DNA from: an archaeon
GTDB lineage: Archaea; EX4484-52; B79-G9
DNA: 39,548 nt
Assembly (NCBI GenBank): GCA_043813875.1
Contig: JBDRKP010000023.1
Coordinates: forward strand, 1-39,548
Direction: 5' to 3'
The notes beneath the pieces were generated by a model, which was not told where the DNA came from, searched no databases, and saw only the letters and a list, made by a program, of their open reading frames with translations. The stretch's first letter is position 1. Each line of letters starts with the position of its first letter. Of the stretch, positions 10,055 to 20,943 are shown piece after piece. The position numbers and the translations under genes were made by a program.

Positions 10055-11968
10055 ATGATGAGTGAGATAACCGTGACTCTTCCCGACGGAAACAAGATGA
10101 AGATTAAAAAAGGATCAACTGTCCATGACGTAGCAAAAAAAATAGGCGAAGGCCTTGCGCGCGCAGCCCTCGCAGGAAAGCTCGACACCATCCCGGTCGA
10201 TTTGGCCACAAGAATAGAAAAAGACGCAAAAATAGAGATAATCACCCCCAAATCAAAAGAAGCATTAGAAATCCTGCGCCACTCGGCAGCCCACGTCCTG
10301 GCAGAAGCAGTGATCGAGCTCTACCCGGACGCAAAACCCACGATCGGCCCGGCAATAGAAAACGGCTTCTACTACGACTTCCACGTCAAAAAGCCATTCA
10401 CCCCCGAAGACCTCGAAAAGATAGAAAAGAGAATGGCCGATATTATAAAAAAAGACAACAGATTCGAGCGCACCGAGATGGAAAGAAAACAGGCGATAGA
10501 CTACTACAAAAAACAACAGAACAAATTCAAGCAGGAAATAATAGACGACCACAAGGAAGACAAAGTCATATCCTTCTACAAAAGCGGCAATTTCCATGAC
10601 CTCTGCCGCGGCCCCCACATCCCATCCACATCAAAGATCGGCGCAATAAAACTAACGAAAATATCAAGCGCGTACTGGCGCGGCAGCGACTTGCGCGAAA
10701 GCCTCCAGCGCATATACGGCGTCGCATTCTTCACAAAAAAAGAATTAGAAGCCCACCTGAAGCTTCTTGAAGAGGCAGAAAAACGCGATCACAGGAAACT
10801 CGGAAAACAGCTGGACCTCTTCAGCGTCCACGACGAAGCCCCGGGATTCCCATTCTTCCATCCCAAAGGCACGATCATCTGGAGCGAGATAGAGAAATTC
10901 TGGCGCGAGCTCCACACAAAACGCGGCTACGTCCTCATAAAGACCCCGTTGATATTGAACAAGAAACTATGGCTGCAGTCCGGTCACTGGGACCACTACA
11001 AAGACAACATGTACTTCACAAAAATCGACGGCGAAGACTACGCTGTAAAACCCATGAACTGCCCCGGCGGCATGCTTTTATACAAGGAAAAGAGCCACAG
11101 CTACAAAGAATTCCCGATGCGCGTCGCAGAACTCGGCACAGTCCACCGCCACGAGCTATCCGGCGTCCTCACCGGCCTCTTCCGCGTAAGATGCTTCACC
11201 CAGGACGACGCCCACATATTCATGATGCCATCCCAGATAAAAGAGGAAGTCCTCGGCGTCATAGACCTTGTGGATTACCTCTACAAAATATTTGGATTTG
11301 AATACCACATAGAACTCTCAACAAAACCCCAAAAAGCCATGGGCTCCGACGAGATATGGGAAACCGCGACAAACGCCCTGAAAGATGCCCTGGAATCAAA
11401 ATCAATCCCCTACAAGATCAACGAAGGCGACGGCGCATTCTATGGCCCGAAAATCGACTTCCATCTGACCGACTGCATCGGACGTACATGGCAATGCGGC
11501 ACAGTCCAGCTCGACTTCCTCATGCCCGAACGTTTCGATCTTACGTACGTAGGTGAAGACAACGAAAAACACAGGCCCGTCATGCTCCACCGTGTGGTGC
11601 TGGGCAGCTTCGAGCGATTCATAGGGATTTTGATAGAGCATTATGCAGGCGCATTCCCCCTCTGGCTCTCGCCCATCCAGCTGAAAGTGATACCAGTCGC
11701 AGACCGCCACAGGGACTACGCAGAAAAAGTCAAAGAAAAGCTCCTGGATTCCGGTTTCAGGGTAGAGTCCGACTACCGCCAGGAAAAAGTAGAGCACAAG
11801 ATACGCGACGCCCAGCTAGAGAAAATAAACTACATGCTCGTCGTCGGCGACAAAGAGATAGAAAAAGGCACAATAACCTCCCGCACAAGAGAGGGCATTG
11901 TGACCTTCAACATCAAACTGGACGAATTTATAAAAAGTTTAGACAAAGAAATAGAATCAAAAAAATAA
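10055..11968 (+). CDS. thrS: Threonine--tRNA ligase, bacterial type (TGS and editing domains)
   Basis: RHSAAHVLA, DLCRGPH, RDHRKLG, KPMNCP, GAFYGPKID, WQCGTVQLDF; SD GAGGCGAT before ATG 10055. Confidence 0.98.
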   Translation: MMSEITVTLPDGNKMKIKKGSTVHDVAKKIGEGLARAALAGKLDTIPVDLATRIEKDAKIEIITPKSKEALEILRHSAAHVLAEAVIELYPDAKPTIGPAIENGFYYDFHVKKPFTPEDLEKIEKRMADIIKKDNRFERTEMERKQAIDYYKKQQNKFKQEIIDDHKEDKVISFYKSGNFHDLCRGPHIPSTSKIGAIKLTKISSAYWRGSDLRESLQRIYGVAFFTKKELEAHLKLLEEAEKRDHRKLGKQLDLFSVHDEAPGFPFFHPKGTIIWSEIEKFWRELHTKRGYVLIKTPLILNKKLWLQSGHWDHYKDNMYFTKIDGEDYAVKPMNCPGGMLLYKEKSHSYKEFPMRVAELGTVHRHELSGVLTGLFRVRCFTQDDAHIFMMPSQIKEEVLGVIDLVDYLYKIFGFEYHIELSTKPQKAMGSDEIWETATNALKDALESKSIPYKINEGDGAFYGPKIDFHLTDCIGRTWQCGTVQLDFLMPERFDLTYVGEDNEKHRPVMLHRVVLGSFERFIGILIEHYAGAFPLWLSPIQLKVIPVADRHRDYAEKVKEKLLDSGFRVESDYRQEKVEHKIRDAQLEKINYMLVVGDKEIEKGTITSRTREGIVTFNIKLDEFIKSLDKEIESKK

Positions 11969-11977
11969 AGTGTTACT

Positions 11978-12478
11978 ATGAGAGTATCAATCGATGTCAT
12001 GCCAAAAGACACACCAGGTGAACTGATACGAATACTTGCACCGATATCAGAATTGGGCGGGAACATAATCACCGTCATTCACAGGCGCGATGAATTATCC
12101 GCAAAAGGAAGACTCCCGGTACACCTCGTATTCGAGATAGACAGCAAGGAGCAATACGAAAAGATTCTTGAGCGCTACAATGATGAAAACATCAAGGTTA
12201 TCAAAATGGACGAACTCAAGCGTTTTAACAGTCTGGTGATCGGCATGATAGGCCACATAGTCCGCACCGACTTGAGCGAGACAATAAACACAATAGATTC
12301 CCTGGGTTTTTGTAAAGTTGTGGACCTACAGATAGAGATGCCCGAAAAAAAGAGAGAATCATGCGCGATATTCCATATAGAATTCGATGATTCAATCAAT
12401 GGCGGCAAAAGCATTGTGATGTCAAAAATAAAAGAGATATGCAAAAGGAAAAGCATCCAGATTGTAGAGGCAGCATAA
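11978..12478 (+). CDS. ACT-domain protein, likely allosteric partner of homoserine dehydrogenase
   Basis: KDTPGELIRILAPISELGGNIITVIH, IGHIVRTDLSETI; directly upstream of hom. Confidence 0.85.
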   Translation: MRVSIDVMPKDTPGELIRILAPISELGGNIITVIHRRDELSAKGRLPVHLVFEIDSKEQYEKILERYNDENIKVIKMDELKRFNSLVIGMIGHIVRTDLSETINTIDSLGFCKVVDLQIEMPEKKRESCAIFHIEFDDSINGGKSIVMSKIKEICKRKSIQIVEAA

Positions 12479-12485
12479 GAAGGTA

Positions 12486-13466
12486 ATGATTATGAGAATA
12501 TGTATAATTGGCTTTGGAACAGTAGGACGTGGTGTCACAGAACACATCCACAGGAAAAATCTTGACATAAAAGTTGTTGCCATATGTGAAAGAGACTGCT
12601 CTGTGTATGACAAAAACGGTATTGATTTAGGCCATCTTATAGAACACACAAAAGGAAAACCACTGGTTGAATACCCAAAAGCAGACAGGAACCTTGATAC
12701 GAACAAAATAATAGAATCAAAATGTGCAGACATATACGTCGAACTGACGCCGACCAACATCAAGAACGCTGAGCCCGGCTACTCATTCATAAAAAAGATA
12801 CTCTCCGGCGGCCACCACGTCGTCACATCGGACAAAGGCCCGCTCGTGCTCCACTACCGCGAGCTCAAGGATCTTGCAGAAAAGAACAATGTGAAATTCT
12901 TCTACGAGGCGACAGTAGGCGGCGCGATGCCCGTCCTGAACATGGCAAGAGATAATCTTCGCGGCAACACGATATTGAGCGTCCGCGGCATCCTGAACGG
13001 CACCACCAACTACATACTGACACGCATGGGTGCAGAAGGCGCGCCATTCGACCAGATCCTGAAAGAAGCCCAGGAGCTAGGAATTGCAGAAAAAGACCCC
13101 TCTTATGATGTAGAAGGCATCGACGCAGCGGCAAAAGCGGTTATACTTGCAAACGAGTTCTTTTCAAGAGACGTGAGCATAAAAGACGTCGACACGACAG
13201 GCATAACAAAGATCACCCCCGAATTCGTCTCCCTTGCAGAAAAAAACGGCTACAAAGTCAAGCTCATCGTAGAAGTGAGCGACAGGATATTGAAAGTCGC
13301 TCCCCGCCTAATAGAAAAAAACCACCCATTGGCCGTTGACGGCACCTTGAATGCCCTGAACTTCACGCTCGACATGGCAAACGAGATAACCGTTGTCGGC
13401 TACGGCGCAGGCAAATACGAGACCGCCGGCGCAGTAATTTCAGACATCATGAGCATAAAAGGCTGA
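12486..13466 (+). CDS. hom: Homoserine dehydrogenase
   Basis: IIGFGTVG, YEATVGGAMP, GILNGTTNYIL, AEKDPSYDVEGIDAAAK; the true start may be ATG 12492. Confidence 0.96.
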   Translation: MIMRICIIGFGTVGRGVTEHIHRKNLDIKVVAICERDCSVYDKNGIDLGHLIEHTKGKPLVEYPKADRNLDTNKIIESKCADIYVELTPTNIKNAEPGYSFIKKILSGGHHVVTSDKGPLVLHYRELKDLAEKNNVKFFYEATVGGAMPVLNMARDNLRGNTILSVRGILNGTTNYILTRMGAEGAPFDQILKEAQELGIAEKDPSYDVEGIDAAAKAVILANEFFSRDVSIKDVDTTGITKITPEFVSLAEKNGYKVKLIVEVSDRILKVAPRLIEKNHPLAVDGTLNALNFTLDMANEITVVGYGAGKYETAGAVISDIMSIKG

Positions 13467-13506
13467 TTTCTCAAAAATTTATATATCTCGCACCCTAAAT
13501 ATCCCT

Positions 13507-14094
13507 ATGATTCTCATAATAAACAACCACAGCAAAAACATTCCTCTGATAGAAAATATACTGAAAAAAAACAAAGTAGCCTACGACATAAAAGACCAGA
13601 AGACAATGCTGAAATCAATCGACGAAAGCCGCTACAATGGCATAATCCTGTCCGGCGGCATACCTGTACTTGACAAAGAGATCCATTTCAACACAATAAG
13701 AGCAGACATAGCCTGCCTGATCAACTGCGACGTCCCGATACTCGGCATCTGCGTCGGCCATGAGATAATAGGCGCCGCATGCGGAGCAGAACTCATAAAA
13801 TTAAAGACGCACTCATGGATACCCGACCTGAAGATAAAGATATTGGAAAAAACCGGAATCTTCAAAGGCCTCCCGGACGAGATAATAGCCTACGAGCACC
13901 ACTCAAGATACCTAAAAAACGTCCCCTCTGACCTCATAGTCGCTGCATCCTCAAGAAAAGACCGGATTGAGGCGATATTTCACAGGAAAAGATCGATCTT
14001 CGGCCTCCAGTTCCACCCGGAAAAAAGCGGCAAGCATGGCGAAAAGATATTCAAAAACTTCCTTGACATCTGTTATCGCTCAGCCAGAGATTAA
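13507..14094 (+). CDS. Class I glutamine amidotransferase (GMP synthase subunit A-like)
   Basis: GIILSGG, PILGICVGH (catalytic Cys), GLQFHPE (His-Glu). Confidence 0.85.
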   Translation: MILIINNHSKNIPLIENILKKNKVAYDIKDQKTMLKSIDESRYNGIILSGGIPVLDKEIHFNTIRADIACLINCDVPILGICVGHEIIGAACGAELIKLKTHSWIPDLKIKILEKTGIFKGLPDEIIAYEHHSRYLKNVPSDLIVAASSRKDRIEAIFHRKRSIFGLQFHPEKSGKHGEKIFKNFLDICYRSARD

Positions 14095-14540
14095 TCTCCA
14101 AGATGCTTCTTCCTAAGTTCGTAGGCTGTTATCGTCGGTATGTAGAACACGACATCTGCGCTTATTTTTCCGATAAATACTCCGAGCAGCACATTTCCAA
14201 GGATTATAGGGAAGACATACATGAAAAACGGCCTGATAAAGAAACTGTCAAGTGTTTCAGAAAACCCGAATTCAATAATCAGGTTGCGTATATTTTTAAG
14301 AAAAGATATGAGCCCGTATTTTTTGTTATTGATTCTATGATGCTTCCTGCTGTGTGCGATATCTCTGATAGAAATAAATGCATAGTATCCTATGGTCTCG
14401 CTCCATACCCCGGCCAATGCAACAACAATCAGATTATCTGTTAACATATATGCAACGCCTGCACCAGTCAGCGCAGAGATCATCCCTGCAATTTCAGCAG
14501 GGAGATACCTCTTGATCCATTCCTTTAGTTTATGTTTCAT
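14091..14540 (-). CDS. Hypothetical membrane protein
   Basis: 149 aa with 3-4 hydrophobic segments; convergent 4-nt overlap with the amidotransferase. Confidence 0.7.
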   Translation of the reverse strand: MKHKLKEWIKRYLPAEIAGMISALTGAGVAYMLTDNLIVVALAGVWSETIGYYAFISIRDIAHSRKHHRINNKKYGLISFLKNIRNLIIEFGFSETLDSFFIRPFFMYVFPIILGNVLLGVFIGKISADVVFYIPTITAYELRKKHLGD

Positions 14541-14710
14541 TTAAAGATAGATTATTATTATTGGTATATAAATTTGTAATAGATATTCATGCACATCTCA
14601 ATATATTCTAACCAGAAAGCAAACACATTGATGATAAAAATATCTCATCTGAGAGATAAATTCAATCCCACAGTCATCATATAAAAATATGATGATTGAT
14701 AATAATTGTT

Positions 14711-15370
14711 ATGGACCAGCACATCAATGAAAAAGATTCTGATAGAGAGCATAAGGAATACCACACCTACATCAAAAAATTCTTTGCAGGCTGGGCTCCA
14801 TATTACGACCTGACATGGGTTTTCATATCTGGCATCCGTAAAATTGTGGCAGACTTTTCAGATGCAAAAGAAGGCTCACGCATATTAGACATCGCGACAG
14901 GCACAGGCGCCCAGGCATTCGAATTCTCAAAAACATCAAAATACGTCACCGGGACAGACTTATCAAAAGACATGCTCAAAGTGGCAAAAAGGAAAAACCA
15001 GAAAAGAATCACCATATCAATCTCTGACGCCACAGCCATGCCGTTCAGGGACAACACATTCGACATCGTATGCATATCATTCGCCCTCCACGAGATGCCG
15101 GAATCAATACGAAAAGACGTACTAAAAGAATTGAAGCGCATCACAATCCCGAAAGGCGCCTTGATCATTGTCGACTACTCATTGCCAAAGAACAGATTAT
15201 TCAGCTTCTTTGCATACCGTCTCATAAGAATTTACGAGTCAAGATACTATCCCGGATTTATACAGTCCGATTTCCGAAAAGAGCTCGATAAATCAGGTAT
15301 AAAAGTAGTCAAAGAACGCAGTATCCTGTTCGGCATAGGAACAATTTACAAAGAAACAAACGATAAATGA
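14711..15370 (+). CDS. Class I SAM-dependent methyltransferase (UbiE-like)
   Basis: ILDIATGTG, GTDLSKDML, DATAMPFRDNTFD, SFALHE. Confidence 0.88.
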   Translation: MDQHINEKDSDREHKEYHTYIKKFFAGWAPYYDLTWVFISGIRKIVADFSDAKEGSRILDIATGTGAQAFEFSKTSKYVTGTDLSKDMLKVAKRKNQKRITISISDATAMPFRDNTFDIVCISFALHEMPESIRKDVLKELKRITIPKGALIIVDYSLPKNRLFSFFAYRLIRIYESRYYPGFIQSDFRKELDKSGIKVVKERSILFGIGTIYKETNDK

Positions 15371-15416
15371 ACCCTAATCGCCATCTTCTTAAATATATCA
15401 TCCACACAAAACAATC

Positions 15417-17381
15417 ATGACAGACTTCATGCTCCACTCAGAATTCCAGCCCGCAGGCGACCAGCCAGAAGCCATAAACAAGCTCACAGACGGATTGAAA
15501 AAAGGCCACAGAGCCCAGACATTACTCGGAGTGACCGGCTCCGGCAAGACCTTCACAATGGCAAACGTCATAAAAAACATCAACAAGCCGACTCTCATAA
15601 TCAGCCACAACAAGACCCTCGCCGCCCAGCTCTACAACGAGCTCAAAGTTTTCTTCCCGAAAAACCACGTCGGATACTTCGTCTCCTACTACGACTACTA
15701 CCAGCCCGAGGCATACATACCACGGACCGACACCTACATAGCAAAAGACGCATCCATAAACGAAAAGATAGACCGCCTCCGCCTCTCGGCAACATCATCC
15801 CTCATAACCTCGACAGATGTCATAATCGTCTCAAGCGTCTCATGCATCTACGGCCTCGGCTCACCCAAAGAATACAAGGAACTGACAATCGGAATAGAAA
15901 AAGGCATGAAAATCACAAGAAAAGAACTCTTATCAAAACTGGTAAAGATCCAGTACTCCCGAAACGACAAGACCCCCAAGCGCGGCAACATCCGCGTCAT
16001 GGGCGACACGCTCGACATATTCCTCGGCTACGAAGACACGATATTGAGGATAGAGATGTTCGGCGACGAGATAGAAAGGATAAGGATGCTTGACATAATC
16101 ACCCTGAAACCCATCGAAGAATACGGCCATCACCTCATCTTCCCGGCAAAGCACTTCGTCATGCCAGAAGAAAAGATAGGGCAAGCTCTCCGCTCGATAG
16201 AAGAAGAACTGAGCGAGCGCCTCATAGAACTCACAAGACAAGGCAAAATCCACGAAGCGAAACGCCTCGAAGAGCGCACCAACTATGACCTCGAGATGAT
16301 CCGTGAAACCGGCTACTGCTCAGGCATAGAGAACTACTCGCGCCACTTCGACGGCCGGAAATCTGGCGAGCCCCCAAGCACACTCATAGACTTCTTCCCA
16401 AAAGACTTCCTCATGATAATCGACGAATCCCATGTCACACTCCCCCAGATCCACGGCATGTTCAAAGGCGACCATGCAAGAAAACTGAACCTTGTAGAGC
16501 ACGGCTTCCGCCTGGGGTCCGCCTTCGACAACCGCCCGTTGAAATTTCCCGAATTCGAAAAGAAGGTCAACCAGATAATCTACGTCTCAGCCACCCCGGA
16601 CAAATACGAACTCAATACAAGCGCACAGGTCGCAGAACAGATAGTAAGACCCACCGGCCTCCTCGACCCCGTAATCACCGTAAAAAAAACGCATGACCAG
16701 ATGGACGACCTCCTCGAAAACATAAAAAAAGAGATAGAATCTGGCTACAGGACACTTGTCACGACCCTCACAAAAAGGATGGCAGAAGACCTCACCGAGT
16801 ACCTTGCCACAAAAGGCATAAGAGTCCAGTACCTCCATTCAGAGATAGACACACTTGAGCGCACCGAAATCATAAGAGACCTGCGCATCAAAAAATTCGA
16901 CGTCCTCGTAGGCGTAAACCTATTGAGAGAAGGCCTGGACATCCCGGAAGTCGCTCTAGTAGCGATCCTTGACGCAGACAAAGAGGGCTTCCTGAGAGAC
17001 AAAAGATCCCTCATCCAGACAATCGGGAGAGCATCGCGAAACAGCAGAGGCCGCGTCATCATGTACGCAGACAGAATCACAAAATCAATTGACGGCGCAA
17101 TAGAAGAGACAGAAAGAAGAAGAAATCGCCAGTTTGAATACAACAAAAAGCACGGCATAACCCCGAAATCCATAGAAAAAAAGATACAGGAAAAGATAAT
17201 CAAAGAAGAGGAACTCGACCTGAGCGAGATGGAAACCGTCCCCAAATCAGACATCCAGCCATTGATCGACATGCTCGAATTCGACATGAACGCAGCAGCC
17301 GAGCAGCTGGAATTTGAAAAGGCGATAGAATTAAGAGAAAAGATAGCAGCCCTGAAAAAGAGGCTGAAACCAGTTATTTAA
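15417..17381 (+). CDS. uvrB: Excinuclease ABC subunit B
   Basis: [42 protein letters not shown]-terminal UVR domain. Confidence 0.98.
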   Translation: MTDFMLHSEFQPAGDQPEAINKLTDGLKKGHRAQTLLGVTGSGKTFTMANVIKNINKPTLIISHNKTLAAQLYNELKVFFPKNHVGYFVSYYDYYQPEAYIPRTDTYIAKDASINEKIDRLRLSATSSLITSTDVIIVSSVSCIYGLGSPKEYKELTIGIEKGMKITRKELLSKLVKIQYSRNDKTPKRGNIRVMGDTLDIFLGYEDTILRIEMFGDEIERIRMLDIITLKPIEEYGHHLIFPAKHFVMPEEKIGQALRSIEEELSERLIELTRQGKIHEAKRLEERTNYDLEMIRETGYCSGIENYSRHFDGRKSGEPPSTLIDFFPKDFLMIIDESHVTLPQIHGMFKGDHARKLNLVEHGFRLGSAFDNRPLKFPEFEKKVNQIIYVSATPDKYELNTSAQVAEQIVRPTGLLDPVITVKKTHDQMDDLLENIKKEIESGYRTLVTTLTKRMAEDLTEYLATKGIRVQYLHSEIDTLERTEIIRDLRIKKFDVLVGVNLLREGLDIPEVALVAILDADKEGFLRDKRSLIQTIGRASRNSRGRVIMYADRITKSIDGAIEETERRRNRQFEYNKKHGITPKSIEKKIQEKIIKEEELDLSEMETVPKSDIQPLIDMLEFDMNAAAEQLEFEKAIELREKIAALKKRLKPVI

Positions 17382-17436
17382 ACACGTTGACCTTCTTTTT
17401 AGAATAGATTATTCTGGATTAATCGAATCAAAATCC

Positions 17437-17601
17437 ATGTTAAAGATGGCAAAAATGCGCCTTGAGATGCTCGAAACCATAGATTCGACAAATCCTTCAA
17501 TGCTTGCTGAGGGCTATTACGAGGCAATAAAAGAGCTCATAACATCTCTTCTTTCATTGGACGGTTATAAGACAAAAGGCGCGGGCGCACACAAAAGATA
17601 G
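17437..17601 (+). pseudogene. Truncated HEPN-domain (MNT-HEPN toxin-like) fragment
   Basis: Own translation MLKMAKMRLEMLETIDSTNPSMLAEGYYEAIKELITSLLSLDGYKTKGAGAHKR*; it resembles the N-terminal half of archaeal HEPN proteins and stops early. Confidence 0.45.
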
Positions 17602-17771
17602 AATCGCAGTTGGACTGAGATATTATTTGAAAGTCAGTGCATTATATACAATTCCTAAAAATCTAATCTCACAAAAACATCATCAAACGTCGAACTATTT
17701 CTCTGGAATATGTGAACCTTTATAAACCTGTTCCGTTCCAATAAACTGATACATTATAAATATGTGATATT

Positions 17772-19175
17772 ATGCGCAAGACAAAAATCGTATGCACTAT
17801 AGGCCCTAAAACAGAATCCTTAGAGGCCTTGAAAAAACTCGCAAAAGCCGGCATGAACGTCGCCCGCCTGAACTTCTCCCACGGCACCTACGAGGAACAG
17901 GGAAAAAAAATCAAAAACTTAAAAGAACTGAACCAGCACCTAAAGAACCCGATTGCAATTCTCCTCGACACCAAGGGTCCTGAAATAAGAACCGGCGACC
18001 TCAAAAACGACATTTCCTTAAAAAAGGGCGACACATTCACATTCTCAGTAAAAGACACAACCGACATCGAAATGGGCACAACTCTTAGTTACAGGCAGAT
18101 AGTCGACCACATAAAAAAAGGCGACATGATCTATGTCGACGACGGCATGCTCGAATTCCAGGTAAAAGAGATTAACGGTCACAATATAATCTGTAAGGTA
18201 AAAAACGACGGCATCCTCTGCTCAAGAAAAGGTGTCAATGTCCCGGGGATAGAGGTCGACCTTCCCTCCCTGACCGAAAAAGACATAGAAGACATAAGCT
18301 TCGGCATACTCCATGATGTCGACTTCATAGCAGTCTCCTTTGTGAAACACAAAAACGACATCATCAAACTAAGAAAATTCCTGAAAGAAAAAGGTGCATC
18401 CACGCAGATAATTGCGAAAATCGAGCACATAAAGGCCGTTAATGATTTCAATGAGATACTGGAAGTATCAGACGGCATAATGGTCGCGCGCGGCGACCTT
18501 GGCCTTCAGATGCCGTTCGAAGAGATTCCGATGATCCAGAAAGAGATAATCGAAAAATGCAACGCTCTAGGAAAGCCGGTAATAACCGCAACCCACATGC
18601 TCAACTCAATGGTCGAGAACCCAAGACCGACCCGTGCGGAAGTCACCGACGTCGCGAACGCAATACTCTCCGGCACAGACGCCGTCATGCTATCGCAGGA
18701 GACAGCGAAAGGCAAATACCCTATAGAATCAGTAGAAGTCATGAGCAAGATATGTATAGCGACCGAAAGGAAGATGCCATCAAAAGTAAGTGCAACATTG
18801 GCCAAAAAGAGCGCAACCGACATCGTTGCACAGGCAGTTGCACTCATATCAGAAAACATCAGTTCAGACGCCATACTGACCTTCACCCAGACAGGCAAAA
18901 CCGCAAGCTCACTATCGAAATTCCGTGTAAAATCACCCATATATGCCCTCACGCCAGACGAAAAGATATTGAGGACAACATCCCTCATGTGGGGCGTCTT
19001 CGCGCACAAGATCGCTGCAGGATACAAATCAACAGACATCATGGTAAACGACGGCATAGAACAGCTGAAAGAAAAGGGATTATTGAAATCAGGCAACACC
19101 GTGATAATAACCGCCGGAACACAGATAGGCGTAAGCGGCACGACAAACCTCGCAGAAGTAAGAAAAATACACTAG
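17772..19175 (+). CDS. pyk: Pyruvate kinase
   Basis: RKTKIVCTIGP, RLNFSHG, LDTKGPEIRTG, AKIE, GIMVARGDLG, PRPTRAEVTDVANA. Confidence 0.98.
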   Translation: MRKTKIVCTIGPKTESLEALKKLAKAGMNVARLNFSHGTYEEQGKKIKNLKELNQHLKNPIAILLDTKGPEIRTGDLKNDISLKKGDTFTFSVKDTTDIEMGTTLSYRQIVDHIKKGDMIYVDDGMLEFQVKEINGHNIICKVKNDGILCSRKGVNVPGIEVDLPSLTEKDIEDISFGILHDVDFIAVSFVKHKNDIIKLRKFLKEKGASTQIIAKIEHIKAVNDFNEILEVSDGIMVARGDLGLQMPFEEIPMIQKEIIEKCNALGKPVITATHMLNSMVENPRPTRAEVTDVANAILSGTDAVMLSQETAKGKYPIESVEVMSKICIATERKMPSKVSATLAKKSATDIVAQAVALISENISSDAILTFTQTGKTASSLSKFRVKSPIYALTPDEKILRTTSLMWGVFAHKIAAGYKSTDIMVNDGIEQLKEKGLLKSGNTVIITAGTQIGVSGTTNLAEVRKIH

Positions 19176-19206
19176 ATTTATATTTCCCGCATCCCATCAA
19201 AATGAC

Positions 19207-20502
19207 ATGGGCAAAAAAACAAAACTAAACATCGGCTGCGGCATAATCTACCGGCCAGGCTACATAAACATAGACAAATATGAAGATTCTGTAGCAGACA
19301 TGACTCACGATGCAGACGACCTGCCATTTGAATCAAACACCATTGACACCATAGAAGCTCTTCATCTAATAGAGCATTTCGATTATATTCACTCAATTTA
19401 TGTTCTATCCGAATGGTTCCGAATATTAAAACCAGAAGGTACACTAACACTTGAAACACCCGACCTGAACAAATCATTCAAAAAACTCAAAAAAGAATCC
19501 CTAAAAAACCAGAAAACAACACTTCAGTGGCTCTATGGCATAGATTCATGCGGCATGCAGCACAAGACAATATTTACATTTGAATTACTAAAAAAACATC
19601 TGGAAGATATCGGTTTTCAAAACATAGTAAAAGAGCCGCAAAAAACACACAAATACGAACCTGGGCTGCGCATCATATGTAAAAAACCCATCAACTCGAG
19701 AAAAAAAGAGACATTCGCAACATTTCGCAAAAACCTCAAAAAACAACTAAAAATTGATGATTCCGACACTCTTTTAAGCCTTGAAAACCACTGTATCATC
19801 AAAATATCAGACCTATTCTTCAGCAACACTAATTTTAGCAAAAATGAATCCTTAATCAAACTGATCTCAAAATCAGCAATATGCAACCCGAAAATATCCC
19901 TCGTTCTCTGCAACACACTTCTTGAATCTGGTGAAATAACAAAAGAGGAATATGATTCAAAACTAAGTCCCCTAAACACACTAATAAATATGGAATTTCA
20001 CAAAAAGCTGTTCACACTTTGGTCCAAACACAAAAAGACCATTCAAAATACAGATTTGGATTACAGGACATTTATAGAAAATACAGAATCACGGTTGATT
20101 TCATTTATCAAAAACAGTGACATGGAGCAAGTAGTATATATTGATTCACAAAATCCGTCTGATATCGTTCTTTTCAATCGTCATGTAATCGAACTGCAAG
20201 CAAGAATATTATTCAATCGGGCCGTAAAACAGTTTTCAAAAAAAAATCATCACGAATCCCTAGAACTATTTAGGGGCTCAATAAAGCTCAACCCTCAGAA
20301 CCCCTTATCATACTGGAACATCGCAAGACTAGCCATGATTCTAGACCATCAAACAGAATCAATACTAGAGGGCTACGAAAATGCTCTACTCGCAATAAAA
20401 GACAAAAAAATCAAGAATCTAATCAAAAAAGAATTCGATCAATACACAACAAACAAAATTCAAATAATACCAAAAGAACCGATATCCGAAGATGTGCTAT
20501 AA
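19207..20502 (+). CDS. SAM-dependent methyltransferase (type 11-like) with C-terminal TPR-like repeat
   Basis: LNIGCG, GYINID, DLPFESNTID, HLIEHF, WFRILKPEG; C-terminal LFNRAVKQF...SIKLNPQNPLSYWNIA. Confidence 0.8.
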   Translation: MGKKTKLNIGCGIIYRPGYINIDKYEDSVADMTHDADDLPFESNTIDTIEALHLIEHFDYIHSIYVLSEWFRILKPEGTLTLETPDLNKSFKKLKKESLKNQKTTLQWLYGIDSCGMQHKTIFTFELLKKHLEDIGFQNIVKEPQKTHKYEPGLRIICKKPINSRKKETFATFRKNLKKQLKIDDSDTLLSLENHCIIKISDLFFSNTNFSKNESLIKLISKSAICNPKISLVLCNTLLESGEITKEEYDSKLSPLNTLINMEFHKKLFTLWSKHKKTIQNTDLDYRTFIENTESRLISFIKNSDMEQVVYIDSQNPSDIVLFNRHVIELQARILFNRAVKQFSKKNHHESLELFRGSIKLNPQNPLSYWNIARLAMILDHQTESILEGYENALLAIKDKKIKNLIKKEFDQYTTNKIQIIPKEPISEDVL

Positions 20503-20522
20503 TCTGTCAAATCAACCATGGA

Positions 20523-20534
20523 AATATATATATA
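20523..20534 (+). promoter_or_regulatory. TATA-box candidate for the paralog-rSAM operon (leaderless)
   Basis: AATATATATATA about 26-37 nt upstream of ATG 20560; no SD before that ATG. Confidence 0.5.
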
Positions 20535-20559
20535 CGTGATTCGTCATTAATTATAATCA

Positions 20560-20943
20560 ATGCGTACTGATAAACTTATTCGAATTGGCAGCAAATTGAA
20601 TATCTCATCTGAGGACATAAAAAACATCAAAAAAACCACGTTGATTTCAAACCTGAAATATTATATCGCCACAGCCGTAATCGCAATATTGACCTTCATT
20701 CTGGGGTTTTTTGCCGGAAGCGGCACATGCCCCGTCACATCCTCTATATCTTCTGGTTATCCTTTCGCAGGCGGTCTCACCGCTTTTGGAGCATCTGCTA
20801 GCCAAAAACGCACCACAAAAATCGCGGGAATAATACTGGTAGCAGCAGGTTTTTTTATTGCTCTGAAAACATCACCAATATTTGGCGAGGCTATAAAGTA
20901 TAATGTCTTCAGTAAATATAGACAAGGAGGTAATTCTCATTAA
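20560..20943 (+). CDS. Small membrane protein, paralog 1 (candidate rSAM substrate)
   Basis: KLIRIGSKLNISSEDIKNI; TM IAILTFILGFFAG; loop GTCPVTSSISSGYPFAGG; second TM; PIFGEAIKYNVFSK. Confidence 0.85.
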   Translation: MRTDKLIRIGSKLNISSEDIKNIKKTTLISNLKYYIATAVIAILTFILGFFAGSGTCPVTSSISSGYPFAGGLTAFGASASQKRTTKIAGIILVAAGFFIALKTSPIFGEAIKYNVFSKYRQGGNSH

